From a virus (lineage: Duplodnaviria > Caudoviricetes), in the IMG/VR virus record IMGVR_UViG_3300043449_001907, positions 1,694 to 65,693 of that record: 64,000 bases of DNA; one strand, given 5' to 3'. Shown in pieces: positions 27,878-37,651 of the stretch; the first letter of the stretch is position 1, and every line of letters begins with the position of its first letter. A program made the position numbers and the translations under genes. Under the pieces are notes generated by a model. The model ran no database searches. It worked only from the letters and a program-made list of their open reading frames with translations, and had not been told where the DNA came from.

Positions 27878-28921
27878 ATGGAAGTAGATTTCTCTCAACA
27901 AATTTCTGAAAGCAAAAAAAGATCAGGGCCAAAAAGCTCTGCTCAATCACCAGCCCAAGAAGAAGAAAAGAAAAAGGGTTCAAAAACCAATAAACCTGGC
28001 TCTGCTGGCACGAAACCAGACGCGAAAGAGCGTGCTGAAAAAGCACTTGAGAGAGAAGATGAAAAAGAACTCATTAAAGCTGAAATTACATTTAATGATA
28101 AAATCATTAATTCTTTAAAAAAGAAAGTGGAAGAGCATAACTCCAAGCACGATAAAAAAGTGAGTCTTTCTCAATTAAAGAAGGTATATCGCCGTGGTCT
28201 TGGAGCTTTTAGCTCAAGTCATCGCCCTGGCAAAAGCCGTCAACAATGGGCAATGGCTCGCGTTAATACATTTCTTAAAATGATGCGCGGAGAAAAAGTA
28301 AAAGATGCTTACAAAGCTGCTGATGGCGATATTGCCAAAGGTTCAGAAGCTTTTGATCACAATCATTTATATGACGCTTATGAAGATGTTGAGCTTCATC
28401 TGGCACATATTCACTTGGTTGAAGCTGGCATCTCATTTGATGAGATGAATATCTTTAATGAAGATATTGATTATACAGAAGCGGAGAAAAAGACACTAAA
28501 CAAACCATTTAGACTACCTTCAGGTTCTAATAAGAAATTTGGCGTTTATGTCAAAAACGACAAAGGTAATACTGTGATGGTTAAATTTGGCGACCCTAAT
28601 ATGGAAATCAAAAGAGATGATCCAGAAAGGCGCAAAAATTTTCGCGCTCGTCATCAATGCGATACTAATGTTGGCCCAAAATGGAAGGCTCGCTACTGGT
28701 CTTGCCGCTTCTGGAGTAAAAGTCCAGTTTCAAAAATGACAGCAGAAGAACTTGCAGACCTAGACCCAATTGAAGCTTTTTATATTAAACAAGAAGAGAG
28801 AATGTCTTCTTTAGAAGAAGGCGGTTTTGACGAAAATGAAATCCCTACACAAGAAGATATTTTAGCACTTAATCCTCTTCTTGATAATGTTTACTATATT
28901 GAAGAAGAGGCTGAAATTTAA
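27878..28921 (+). CDS. Multi-domain basic protein with two widespread uncharacterised viral domains
   Basis: LKKVYRRGLGAF..QQWAMARVNTFL and VKFGDPNMEIKRDDPERRKNFRARHQC..ARYWSC; Lys-rich N-terminus and acidic C-terminus. Confidence 0.7.
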   Translation: MEVDFSQQISESKKRSGPKSSAQSPAQEEEKKKGSKTNKPGSAGTKPDAKERAEKALEREDEKELIKAEITFNDKIINSLKKKVEEHNSKHDKKVSLSQLKKVYRRGLGAFSSSHRPGKSRQQWAMARVNTFLKMMRGEKVKDAYKAADGDIAKGSEAFDHNHLYDAYEDVELHLAHIHLVEAGISFDEMNIFNEDIDYTEAEKKTLNKPFRLPSGSNKKFGVYVKNDKGNTVMVKFGDPNMEIKRDDPERRKNFRARHQCDTNVGPKWKARYWSCRFWSKSPVSKMTAEELADLDPIEAFYIKQEERMSSLEEGGFDENEIPTQEDILALNPLLDNVYYIEEEAEI

Positions 28922-28973
28922 GCTAGAATAACTCATTTATTAACGTATCATCTTATATAGATCGTACGTTACT

Positions 28974-29744
28974 ATGTTTAGTATTTATCATTCTGCTTTT
29001 AACTTAATTAAACATGGTTTTGTTGGCTGGCAGCAAAGTGTTCAGAATTCTTGCCAGTTTGCAGATGAAGTAATTATAGCTGTAAATACATCAGTTGATG
29101 GCACTAAAGAAGCTATCGAAGAAACATTAAAGGAATTTAATAATTGGAAAATTCTTGAAACAAATTTTAGCTATCAAGACCCTTGGCTAGATGGTAAGAT
29201 CAAGAATGAAGCTTTGCAAGCTTGCACTCAAGACTTTAAAATTCAACTCGATCTTGATGAGTATATTCCGCTTTGGCAAAAGCCAATTTGGGAAAATATG
29301 GCTATGCAAATGGCGTTTCATCCATGTCAATGCGCAGCAGTAGCGTCAGTTAATCTTTATAAAGATTGGAATCATTTTTCATCAATTACCAATAAGCAAT
29401 ACTTCCATAAGGGACAAGCATATAGAGCGCCTTCTATAGCTGCAAGAAAGCAAGATGGCACTATTAACACAAAGATGAGTGATGGCTGTGATTTGGTAGA
29501 TTCAGTAGGTAATTTTGTTTCTACAATTGGAACTCCAAATGACCAAAATATTCTTGAACAAAATGTTGCTCCATTTGTTGTGCATTTTGGTTATGTTGAT
29601 CTTGATTCTCGACTAAAGCGTAATCACGAATTCTGGCACGAACATTGGTATATAGAAGGTGGTGGACAAGACCCCGCTCACGTTATTCACATGAAACATG
29701 AGGACTTTGAATATCCTTATATTGAACACAAATTAAAGCTATGA
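28974..29744 (+). CDS. GT-A (GT2-like) glycosyltransferase
   Basis: FADEVIIAVNTSVDGT..KNEALQACT..QLDLDE (DxD)..VVHFGY. Confidence 0.75.
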   Translation: MFSIYHSAFNLIKHGFVGWQQSVQNSCQFADEVIIAVNTSVDGTKEAIEETLKEFNNWKILETNFSYQDPWLDGKIKNEALQACTQDFKIQLDLDEYIPLWQKPIWENMAMQMAFHPCQCAAVASVNLYKDWNHFSSITNKQYFHKGQAYRAPSIAARKQDGTINTKMSDGCDLVDSVGNFVSTIGTPNDQNILEQNVAPFVVHFGYVDLDSRLKRNHEFWHEHWYIEGGGQDPAHVIHMKHEDFEYPYIEHKLKL

Positions 29745-31096
29745 AAGCTATTTTATTTGATTTAGACGGTGTTTTAGTCTCAGCTAAAGAGATTCATTAT
29801 AAAGCTTTAAATGAAGCTTTATCAAAAATTGATGAGAAATATGTAATTTCTGAAAATGAACACTTAAGTATCTTTGATGGTTTAAAAACAAATGAAAAGC
29901 TCCATCTCTTAACAAAGCTAAAAAATCTTCCAGAAAGTTACCATGAGCAAATTTGGAATTTAAAGCAACAAATTACATTAGAAAAAATAAATGATCTAAA
30001 ACGTGATGTGAATTTAGTTCATGTATTTGAAGAGCTTTCAAAATTAAATATTAAAATCGCCTGTTGTTCTAATTCGATTCGGAAATCGGTTATTAACATG
30101 CTTACGAATATAGGAATCATAAGATATTTTGATTTGATTTTATCGAATGAAGATGTAAAAAATTCAAAGCCTCATCCAGAAATCTATTGGAAAGCAATGT
30201 CATTATTTTCTTTGAATCCAGAAGAATGTTTGATTGTTGAAGATTCTCCACATGGATTACTAGCTGCACAAAGAGCAAATTCTAAAATTTTAAGAGTAAA
30301 AAACCCCAAAGAAGTAACTTTAGAAAAAATTAAAAACTATTTATCTGATCAAAAACTGATGAAAACTAAATGGCAAGATAAGAAAATGAACGTATTAATT
30401 CCAATGGCAGGTGCAGGTAGCCGCTTTGAAAAAGCTGGTTATACATTCCCTAAGCCATTAATTGAAGTAAAAGGAAGACCAATGATTCAGGTTGTCGTTG
30501 ACAGTTTGAATTTTGATTCTAGGCATATTTTTATTACTCAAAAAGATCATAGAAGTAAATATAATCTTGATTCTCTTCTTAGCTTAATTTCTCCAGAATG
30601 TTCTATTATTGATGTTAATGGAGTTACTGAAGGCGCTGCTTGCACAACGCTTTTGGCAAAAGAGCTTATTAACAACGACGATCCATTAATTATTGCAAAT
30701 TCAGATCAATTTGTTGAATGGAATTCTAGTGAATTCATGTATAAAATGCAAGAACAAGATGTTGATGCTGGCATTCTTACATTTGAATCTAATCATCCAA
30801 AATGGTCTTACGCTAAACTAGATGAGTATGGATATGTGACAGAAGTAGCTGAGAAAAATCCAATTTCAAATATCGCCACTGTTGGTATTTATTATTGGAA
30901 AAGAGGAAGAGATTATGTCCGTTTCGCAGAAATGATGATTGAGAAAAATATTAGGGTCAATAATGAATTTTACGTTTGTCCAGTATTTAATCAAGCAATC
31001 GAAAATGGATTAAAAGTAAAAACATTTAATATTGAAAAAATGTTTGGACTAGGAACACCAGAAGATTTAAATTTTTATCTACAACAATTTAATTAA
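29741..31096 (+). CDS. HAD phosphatase fused to a sugar-nucleotidyltransferase-like domain
   Basis: FDLDGVL, KPHPEIY and VEDS (HAD); IPMAGAGSRF..PKPLI..NSDQ..GLGTPEDL (NTP transferase). Confidence 0.9.
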   Translation: MKAILFDLDGVLVSAKEIHYKALNEALSKIDEKYVISENEHLSIFDGLKTNEKLHLLTKLKNLPESYHEQIWNLKQQITLEKINDLKRDVNLVHVFEELSKLNIKIACCSNSIRKSVINMLTNIGIIRYFDLILSNEDVKNSKPHPEIYWKAMSLFSLNPEECLIVEDSPHGLLAAQRANSKILRVKNPKEVTLEKIKNYLSDQKLMKTKWQDKKMNVLIPMAGAGSRFEKAGYTFPKPLIEVKGRPMIQVVVDSLNFDSRHIFITQKDHRSKYNLDSLLSLISPECSIIDVNGVTEGAACTTLLAKELINNDDPLIIANSDQFVEWNSSEFMYKMQEQDVDAGILTFESNHPKWSYAKLDEYGYVTEVAEKNPISNIATVGIYYWKRGRDYVRFAEMMIEKNIRVNNEFYVCPVFNQAIENGLKVKTFNIEKMFGLGTPEDLNFYLQQFN

Positions 31097-31098
31097 AT

Positions 31099-31734
31099 AT
31101 GAATTTATTTTATCAAACCGATTATTGGAAAAATTTTATTCACTCATCTGATAAAGATGTCTTATGTAAAGATTTACATAGCTCTTGGGATGAGCAGAAA
31201 AAAGAATACACTGAACATACAGAGATTCATTCTCAAATGCTCAATGTAATTGAGTCAAATACTTCGATGAATAAAGTTTTAGATTTTGGTTCAGGAATGG
31301 GGCGTAATTCCAAATATTTGCAAAGCCTTTTCAAAAATTATTACGGATTTGACCTGCCAGAAATGATAGAAAATCTATCAAAGATTCAACCAAACTTAAT
31401 TAATTTATATTCAGATTGGGAAAAATTAAAATTAGAAAAATTTGATCTTATATATGAATCAGTTGTTATGCAACACATTCCGCCACAAGAAATAATTTAT
31501 AGATTACAATGTATATCTTACATGTCTCCATATTTTGTTTCGTGGACAAGAAGTTACAACGACTATCTTAGAGATTTCCAATCTCAAAAACTTGGAGTAA
31601 ATATGGCATGTTTGATTAAATCTTTAGGGTCTTTTGAAATGGTTTCTTGTACCGTAGATCAAGAAACAGCAATGTCAAAGATGGACGAAACACATTACAA
31701 AGTCCTTTATAAATCTAAGAATTTTCGCTCATGA
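31099..31734 (+). CDS. Class I SAM-dependent methyltransferase
   Basis: VLDFGSGMGRN..GFD..FDLIYESVVMQHI. Confidence 0.85.
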   Translation: MNLFYQTDYWKNFIHSSDKDVLCKDLHSSWDEQKKEYTEHTEIHSQMLNVIESNTSMNKVLDFGSGMGRNSKYLQSLFKNYYGFDLPEMIENLSKIQPNLINLYSDWEKLKLEKFDLIYESVVMQHIPPQEIIYRLQCISYMSPYFVSWTRSYNDYLRDFQSQKLGVNMACLIKSLGSFEMVSCTVDQETAMSKMDETHYKVLYKSKNFRS

Positions 31735-32486
31735 AAATAGCTATTTGCATTTCTGGACATTTAAGACATTTTCACAAATTAAAAGATAATTTTAAATGGT
31801 TTAAAAAACAACTTCAATCAATCAGTGATGTTGATGTATTTGTAGCTACATGGGATAAGCAAAATACTTTGCAAAGTTGGTCACATGCTCATGGTATTTC
31901 GAACGCAGAAACCGCAAAAAATATCGTTAACCTTGAAGAGGTAAAGAATCATTATGAAACAAATTTTGTAAAGCTTTTAGACTATGATTTTTATAGTTCT
32001 GACTACTCTCCAATTAATTATAAACAATTTACAGATCAAAAATACAGTTGGGATTCCAGAGGTATTGGCGGCAGTGTAGTTAATTCTTCCAAGATGTTTT
32101 TATTGATTCATGAAGCAAATAAATTAAAAAAATATCAAGAATTTCTTCAAAAACAAAAGTATGATCTTGTAATTAGGACTCGACCAGACTATGAGTATAA
32201 TAATCTATCAGCTTTCGTGGACTTAAAAATAAAACCTAATACTATTTTTTGCTCAAAACCGTATCCAGATTCAAAAATTGACGACCAATTTGGAATGGGA
32301 GATTCTGACAGTATGGATAAATATAGCGCATGTATTCTTAAACAACCCTCTATTTTCCATTCTAATATTTGGGGAAATCCCGAAGATATTCTCATGTATT
32401 CACTATTAAGTTTTCATGATTTGCGTCTTGAATGGATTCAAAGAGTAGGTTTTTTAGGTTCTGATATTTGCGACTTCAAACGATGA
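31731..32486 (+). CDS. Putative glycosyltransferase-like protein of glycan clusters
   Basis: KIAICISGHLR..YDLVIRTRPD..DQFGMG, a pattern commonly seen in polysaccharide loci. Confidence 0.55.
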   Translation: MKIAICISGHLRHFHKLKDNFKWFKKQLQSISDVDVFVATWDKQNTLQSWSHAHGISNAETAKNIVNLEEVKNHYETNFVKLLDYDFYSSDYSPINYKQFTDQKYSWDSRGIGGSVVNSSKMFLLIHEANKLKKYQEFLQKQKYDLVIRTRPDYEYNNLSAFVDLKIKPNTIFCSKPYPDSKIDDQFGMGDSDSMDKYSACILKQPSIFHSNIWGNPEDILMYSLLSFHDLRLEWIQRVGFLGSDICDFKR

Positions 32487-32899
32487 AATTGATTTCTCAC
32501 AGAGGTAATGTAAATGGATCATGCGATGCGGAAAACGAACCTCACAACATACAAGAACTTCTAGATTCAAAAATAGATTGTGAGATTGATGTTTGGCATA
32601 CACATAAAAAATTTTATTTAGGTCATGATTTTGCTCAGTATGAAGTTAACTTTGCATTTTTACAACAAAGTGGATTATGGTGTCATGCTAAAAATTTAGA
32701 AGCATTATATGTAATGCTTTCTAATGGAATTCGTTGTTTTTGGCATGAGAATGATGATTTCACATTAACTTCTGATGGTTTTATTTGGACTTATATGAAT
32801 AAACCAGTATGTGAAAAATCAATTATAGTTGATAATTCTTCCAATTGGAAATCAATGAATTATAATTGTTACGGAATATGCTCTGATTATATTTTATAA
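32483..32899 (+). CDS. PLC-like / glycerophosphodiesterase-like short protein
   Basis: ISHRGN..EN..EIDVW..LGHD..WCHAKN; start moved to the ATG at 32483 (ATGA overlap). Confidence 0.65.
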   Translation: MKLISHRGNVNGSCDAENEPHNIQELLDSKIDCEIDVWHTHKKFYLGHDFAQYEVNFAFLQQSGLWCHAKNLEALYVMLSNGIRCFWHENDDFTLTSDGFIWTYMNKPVCEKSIIVDNSSNWKSMNYNCYGICSDYIL

Positions 32900-32900
32900 A

Positions 32901-33938
32901 ATGAAAACAGTTATTATTACAGGTATTACAGGTCAAGACGGCTCATTAATGGCCGATTATCTATTACAAAACACTAACTACTTTGTGCTTGGAGCGCATC
33001 GTCGTCTTAGTGTTCCTAATCACGACAATATTGAACATCTTAAAAACCATCCAAGATTTTCAACAATTGAACTAGACATCACTGACTCTGAAAACATTAA
33101 TCAGGTGATTCGAGAAAAGAAGCCAGATTATTTTATTAATTTTGCAGCTAATTCTTTTGTTGGTAATAGTTGGAAGATGCCAGTGAATCACATGCAGACA
33201 AACTGTATGGGAGTTCTTTTTTGCTTAGAAGCTATCAGAAATTTTTCTCCAGAAACGAGATTCTATAATGCTGGCAGTAGCGAGCAATTTGGCGATGTTA
33301 TTTACTCTCCACAGGACATTAACCATCCATTCCGTCCAAGATCGCCGTATGGTGCCGCAAAATGCGCTGCACACCATCTTGTTAAGGTTTACAGAGACTC
33401 TTATAACCTTTATGCTGTTCAAGGCATTCTTTTTAATCACGAAGGCGTTCGTAGAGGCGAAGAATTTGTCACTCGTAAGATTTCAAAGAATGTTGCCAGA
33501 ATCCATAACGCAATCAGTTCAGATGAGTCATTTCTGCCAATTGAACTAGGTAATCTAGATGCCAAAAGAGATTGGAGTGATGCCGAAGACTTTGTAAGAG
33601 GAATCTGGTTCATGATGAACCAAGAAAGTCCAAAAGATTATGTATTGTCTTCTAATGAAACTCATACTGTTCGTGAGTTTGTAGAACTAGCATTCAAAGC
33701 AGCTTTTATTGAAGGAGAATGGATTGGTAACGGAATTGATGAAGTTTTTGTCCAAAAAGAAACAAATAAAATTTTAGTTAAGATCAACTCTCAATTTTAC
33801 CGACCAGCAGAAGTTGATCTTCTTTGGGGAGATTCAACACCTGCAAGATACTCTCTAAATTGGGAGCCAAAAACATCTTTCCCTAAATTAGTTGAGAAAA
33901 TGGTTGCAAAAGATTTAGGTTGGCCGTATGGTAGTTGA
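32901..33938 (+). CDS. gmd: GDP-mannose 4,6-dehydratase
   Basis: ITGITGQDGS, SSEQFG, PRSPYGAAK, ILFNHE, LGNLDAKRDW and YRPAEVDLLWGD. Confidence 0.95.
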   Translation: MKTVIITGITGQDGSLMADYLLQNTNYFVLGAHRRLSVPNHDNIEHLKNHPRFSTIELDITDSENINQVIREKKPDYFINFAANSFVGNSWKMPVNHMQTNCMGVLFCLEAIRNFSPETRFYNAGSSEQFGDVIYSPQDINHPFRPRSPYGAAKCAAHHLVKVYRDSYNLYAVQGILFNHEGVRRGEEFVTRKISKNVARIHNAISSDESFLPIELGNLDAKRDWSDAEDFVRGIWFMMNQESPKDYVLSSNETHTVREFVELAFKAAFIEGEWIGNGIDEVFVQKETNKILVKINSQFYRPAEVDLLWGDSTPARYSLNWEPKTSFPKLVEKMVAKDLGWPYGS

Positions 33939-34288
33939 TGGCTTCTAAGAAACCAAATAAAAAAGCTCTCGTTGCCAAGTTCGTAGAAGTTCCTCTAAAA
34001 TCAAGGAGAGAATTTTGGCAGCGAGAGTATGTATTGCTCAATCGCTTGATTGAACGATATAGTCTTGAGTTTTTAAAAGACACTTCTTTTTCTTTCAAAG
34101 GAGAAAGTTTGGCAATTCTTTTTGCAGATAAAATCCTCAAAGAGCTAGATTTCAGATTCAAGATTTACAATTCTTCTTGGAAGAAAGAGAAGGAAACCAT
34201 CGTACTTATTGACGATCCGCTTGTTGAAAAAAGACAAGTAGCAAAACAAATCAAAACAATCAAAGATTTTTTAAATGGCGAAGACTAA
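33935..34288 (+). CDS. Hypothetical protein
   Basis: Coupled ORF between gmd and recA. Confidence 0.65.
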   Translation: MMASKKPNKKALVAKFVEVPLKSRREFWQREYVLLNRLIERYSLEFLKDTSFSFKGESLAILFADKILKELDFRFKIYNSSWKKEKETIVLIDDPLVEKRQVAKQIKTIKDFLNGED

Positions 34289-35417
34289 AACTACTACAGA
34301 AGAAAAGAAGATCACTTCAAACGAAGTTCTCAGTTCATTTTTAAAGCAAAATGCAGAGGATCATTATAATTTTGAAGAGACAGTTGATTACAAGGTGTCA
34401 AGTGGTTCTTTACAACTTGATCTTCAACTAGGAGGAGGTTTCGGCCCTGGCCTTCACCGATTCGTTGGAATTAACGAAGGTGGAAAAACTAGCGAAGCTT
34501 TGGAAGTAATGAAGAACTTTCTTCTTAGCGTTCCAAACTCAAAAGGTTTTTATATCAAAGCAGAAGGTCGTCTTTCACCAGAAATGCAAAAACGCTCTGG
34601 TGTAAAGTTTGTCTTTTCTGCCGAAGATTGGGTCGCAGGTACTTGCTTCGTATTTGAAAGCAATATTTATGAAACAGTGGTTGATGCCATGCGCCAGCTA
34701 GTTTCCAAGAATGAAGAGAAGACTAAGTTCTGTTTCTTGCTTGATGCTGTGGATGGTCTGATTGCAAAGAACGATATGGACAAGTCTTTTGAAGAGAGTT
34801 CAAAAGTTGCTGGTGGTGCGGTTATCGCTGCCACATTCATGAAGAAACTATCTATCGCTCTTGCAAAGCGAGGACACATGGCAATCTTTATCTCTCAAGT
34901 AAGAGCAGATATTAAGCTAGACCCATATTCCAAAGCTCCTATTCGTCAAACATCTGCAACAGGGGGTAATGCTCTACTTCACTTTGCGAACTGGATTCTT
35001 GAGTTTGAGCCACGCTTTAAGGGAGATTTGATTCTAAAAAATCCTTCTGATAAAACTATTGACTTGGAAAAAAATCCTCCAGTTGGACATTGGGCAAAAG
35101 TTACTGTTAAGAAGTCTCCAAATGAGAAAACCAATCTCACAATTCCATACCCAATTCGATATGGCAGAAGTGGCGGCAAATCAATCTGGATTGAAAAAGA
35201 AATCGTTGATCTATTGCTTGCTTGGGAATTAATCAATAAAAGTGGGGCTTGGTTTTCTCCGAGCGAAGATTTTGTTCAGCTTCTAGCAGAGAATGGACTA
35301 TCTATTGAAGCTAAGATGCACGGTGAAGCCTCGCTCTTTGATGTGGTTGAGAAAAATGAAGACCTTCTAAAATTCCTAATTAATTACTTTAGAACCTTAA
35401 TCCCGCATGAAGTTTAA
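34275..35417 (+). CDS. recA: RecA/UvsX-like recombinase
   Basis: VSSGSLQLDLQLGGG, Walker A GINEGGKT, FLLDAVDGL, FISQVR, ATGGNALLHFA and VKKSPN. Confidence 0.9.
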   Translation: MAKTKTTTEEKKITSNEVLSSFLKQNAEDHYNFEETVDYKVSSGSLQLDLQLGGGFGPGLHRFVGINEGGKTSEALEVMKNFLLSVPNSKGFYIKAEGRLSPEMQKRSGVKFVFSAEDWVAGTCFVFESNIYETVVDAMRQLVSKNEEKTKFCFLLDAVDGLIAKNDMDKSFEESSKVAGGAVIAATFMKKLSIALAKRGHMAIFISQVRADIKLDPYSKAPIRQTSATGGNALLHFANWILEFEPRFKGDLILKNPSDKTIDLEKNPPVGHWAKVTVKKSPNEKTNLTIPYPIRYGRSGGKSIWIEKEIVDLLLAWELINKSGAWFSPSEDFVQLLAENGLSIEAKMHGEASLFDVVEKNEDLLKFLINYFRTLIPHEV

Positions 35418-35814
35418 AACACTCTATGGAAAAGAAAAGACTCTCAAGAATGCGAAAAAGTATTTAATTGATTGGCGCAAAAAAACTCGCAGCAAGTTCC
35501 AAGATGAAGTAAAAAGATTTTTGCTTAAGTACTGGAAAGATGATGTTGTGTTTGAAGAATTGAGGTTAGTCGAAACCCGACTAACCTTTGATTTTTTTAA
35601 CGCTAATAAAAAAATAGCCATTGAAGTCCAAGGACAGCAGCATACAAAATTCATTCCATTCTTCCATGGAAATAGAAACAAGTTTTTACAACAGTTAAAG
35701 AGAGACTCAAAAAAATACGATTTTTGCGAAATAAACGGTATTAAATTAATTGAAATCTATGACGTTAAAGAACTAACAAAAGATTTTTTCGAATCTCAAG
35801 AAATTTATTTATAA
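35407..35814 (+). CDS. Vsr/DUF559-like endonuclease
   Basis: LTFDFF..IAIEVQGQQH..RDSKK..C..NGIKLIEI. Confidence 0.8.
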   Translation: MKFKTLYGKEKTLKNAKKYLIDWRKKTRSKFQDEVKRFLLKYWKDDVVFEELRLVETRLTFDFFNANKKIAIEVQGQQHTKFIPFFHGNRNKFLQQLKRDSKKYDFCEINGIKLIEIYDVKELTKDFFESQEIYL

Positions 35815-35818
35815 CTAT

Positions 35819-36112
35819 ATGGCAAGAAAGAAAAAAGACCTAACAGACGGAATGCCAAAATTCCAAATGCCTCCAAATTTAATTGATCAACTTTATGAGT
35901 TGAGCGGCAATGCGGATAAATATAAAGGAGTGGTCGTCGCTTACCTTTCAGAAGATGGCACTCCATTAATTTATGCTAAATATGATTCCCAAGTCATTGA
36001 ATTTGGAATGCGAAAAGCTTTGGAAAAATACTTAGAAAGCTCAGACATGAATGAAATGACAATCAATGGCGATGAATCTTTTGGTGAAGAAGGACTTGAC
36101 GAAGAAGAGTAA
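35819..36112 (+). CDS. Hypothetical protein with an acidic C-terminus
   Basis: Clean ORF in the replication operon. Confidence 0.65.
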   Translation: MARKKKDLTDGMPKFQMPPNLIDQLYELSGNADKYKGVVVAYLSEDGTPLIYAKYDSQVIEFGMRKALEKYLESSDMNEMTINGDESFGEEGLDEEE

Positions 36113-36124
36113 TTGAGCTAACAT
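36096..36124 (+). promoter_or_regulatory. Sigma70-like promoter upstream of dnaB
   Basis: TTGACG-N17-TAACAT, 9 nt before the ATG at 36134. Confidence 0.55.
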
Positions 36125-36133
36125 ATCACAGAC

Positions 36134-37651
36134 ATGATTTACTCTTATGAACTAGAAAAGCAGCTTCTTGCTGCATTGATTAAAAATCCAGAAAATTACT
36201 TTGATATTTCTGCATTTATTAATGAAAAAGATTTTTATAGCGAGGACAATTCTCTCAACAAGACAATCTTCACAATTGTTAAGCAAGCTCTAGAGGCTCA
36301 TGAGGATATTGACGATGTTATTATTGCTCAACGAGTTCAGAATCTAGGAATCACATTTGATGATGTTGTTAATGTTGGAGAGTATGTAAAGTCTCTTGGC
36401 ATGAGAAAGGTTGCTGACGGAAGCATCATTAAAACAGCAAAAGAGCTTAAAAAGTATACTATTAGAAGAGAGATTTTTGAGTCTTCGCAGTCAATTGCGA
36501 AAAAGATGAAAAGCCTTCCTGCTGAAAGCAGCTATGCTGACATCATCGCGATTGCTGATAAAGAATACAATGCTCGCATCAATCAGTATGAGGTAGGGAA
36601 TGATTCTCCCGAAAACATTTATGATGAAATGGAGTCATTGATTGAGGAGCGTGGCGCTAATCCTGTTACAGAGTTTGGCATGATGGGGCCGCATGAAAAG
36701 ATTAATGATATTTACGGTTCTCTTCTTCGCCCTGGTAACATCACTGTTGTGGTTGCTCGCTCAGGCGTTGGTAAAACGCAGTTCTGCATGGATTATAGCA
36801 CCAAGGTAAGCTTGGAGTATAATGTTCCAGTACTTCACTTTGATAACGGTGAAATGAGCAAGGAAGAGCTTATTATGCGCCAATGCTCGGCATTGAGTGG
36901 AGTTCCCATGCACTTGATTGAAAGCGGGCAATGGCTACGAGCAGGCAAGGAAACAGTTGATAAGGTAAGAAACGTATGGGCCAAGGTTAAAAAGCTCCAG
37001 TTCTACTATTATAATGTTGGTGGAATGGATGTTGATTCCATGATTAATACTTTGAAGCGTTTTTACTATTCAAAGGTTGGTAGGGGAAACCGCATGATTT
37101 TTAGTTTTGACTACATCAAGACTACTTCTGATATGGGTTCTGGAAACAAGACAGAATGGCAGGTTGTTGGTGAAATGGTTGACAAGTTTAAAAGATGTGT
37201 TCAAAAAGATATTCTTTATAATGGTGTGCCAATCATTCCAATGATTACTTCCGTTCAGTCAAACAGAAGCGGCATTACAAACAATCGAAACTCTCAAAAT
37301 GTCATTGATGATGAGAGCATTGTGTCTCTCTCTGACCGAATTACTCAATTCTGTTCTCACATGTTTATTCTCAGAAATAAAACTGCTGATGAAATCTTGA
37401 ACGAAGGAACTCGATTCGGAACTCATAAACTCATCAATGTTAAAGCTCGACACTTGGGTAAAGATATTCCTGGCGCTGTTGAACCAGTTCGCGTTGGAGA
37501 TACTCTTAGAAAGAACTTTATTAATCTAGAGTTCAAAAATTTCTGCATCACAGAAAGAGGAGATTTGAGAGATATTGTCGAATTCAATGATATTGGAGAA
37601 GGAGTTGAACACAATGGAAGAAACACAGCACCAGACTTTGACGAACTCTGA
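36134..37651 (+). CDS. dnaB: Replicative DnaB-like helicase
   Basis: N-terminal DnaB domain, ARSGVGKT, EMSKEEL..R, FDYIK, SVQSNR and KARH. Confidence 0.92.
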   Translation: MIYSYELEKQLLAALIKNPENYFDISAFINEKDFYSEDNSLNKTIFTIVKQALEAHEDIDDVIIAQRVQNLGITFDDVVNVGEYVKSLGMRKVADGSIIKTAKELKKYTIRREIFESSQSIAKKMKSLPAESSYADIIAIADKEYNARINQYEVGNDSPENIYDEMESLIEERGANPVTEFGMMGPHEKINDIYGSLLRPGNITVVVARSGVGKTQFCMDYSTKVSLEYNVPVLHFDNGEMSKEELIMRQCSALSGVPMHLIESGQWLRAGKETVDKVRNVWAKVKKLQFYYYNVGGMDVDSMINTLKRFYYSKVGRGNRMIFSFDYIKTTSDMGSGNKTEWQVVGEMVDKFKRCVQKDILYNGVPIIPMITSVQSNRSGITNNRNSQNVIDDESIVSLSDRITQFCSHMFILRNKTADEILNEGTRFGTHKLINVKARHLGKDIPGAVEPVRVGDTLRKNFINLEFKNFCITERGDLRDIVEFNDIGEGVEHNGRNTAPDFDEL

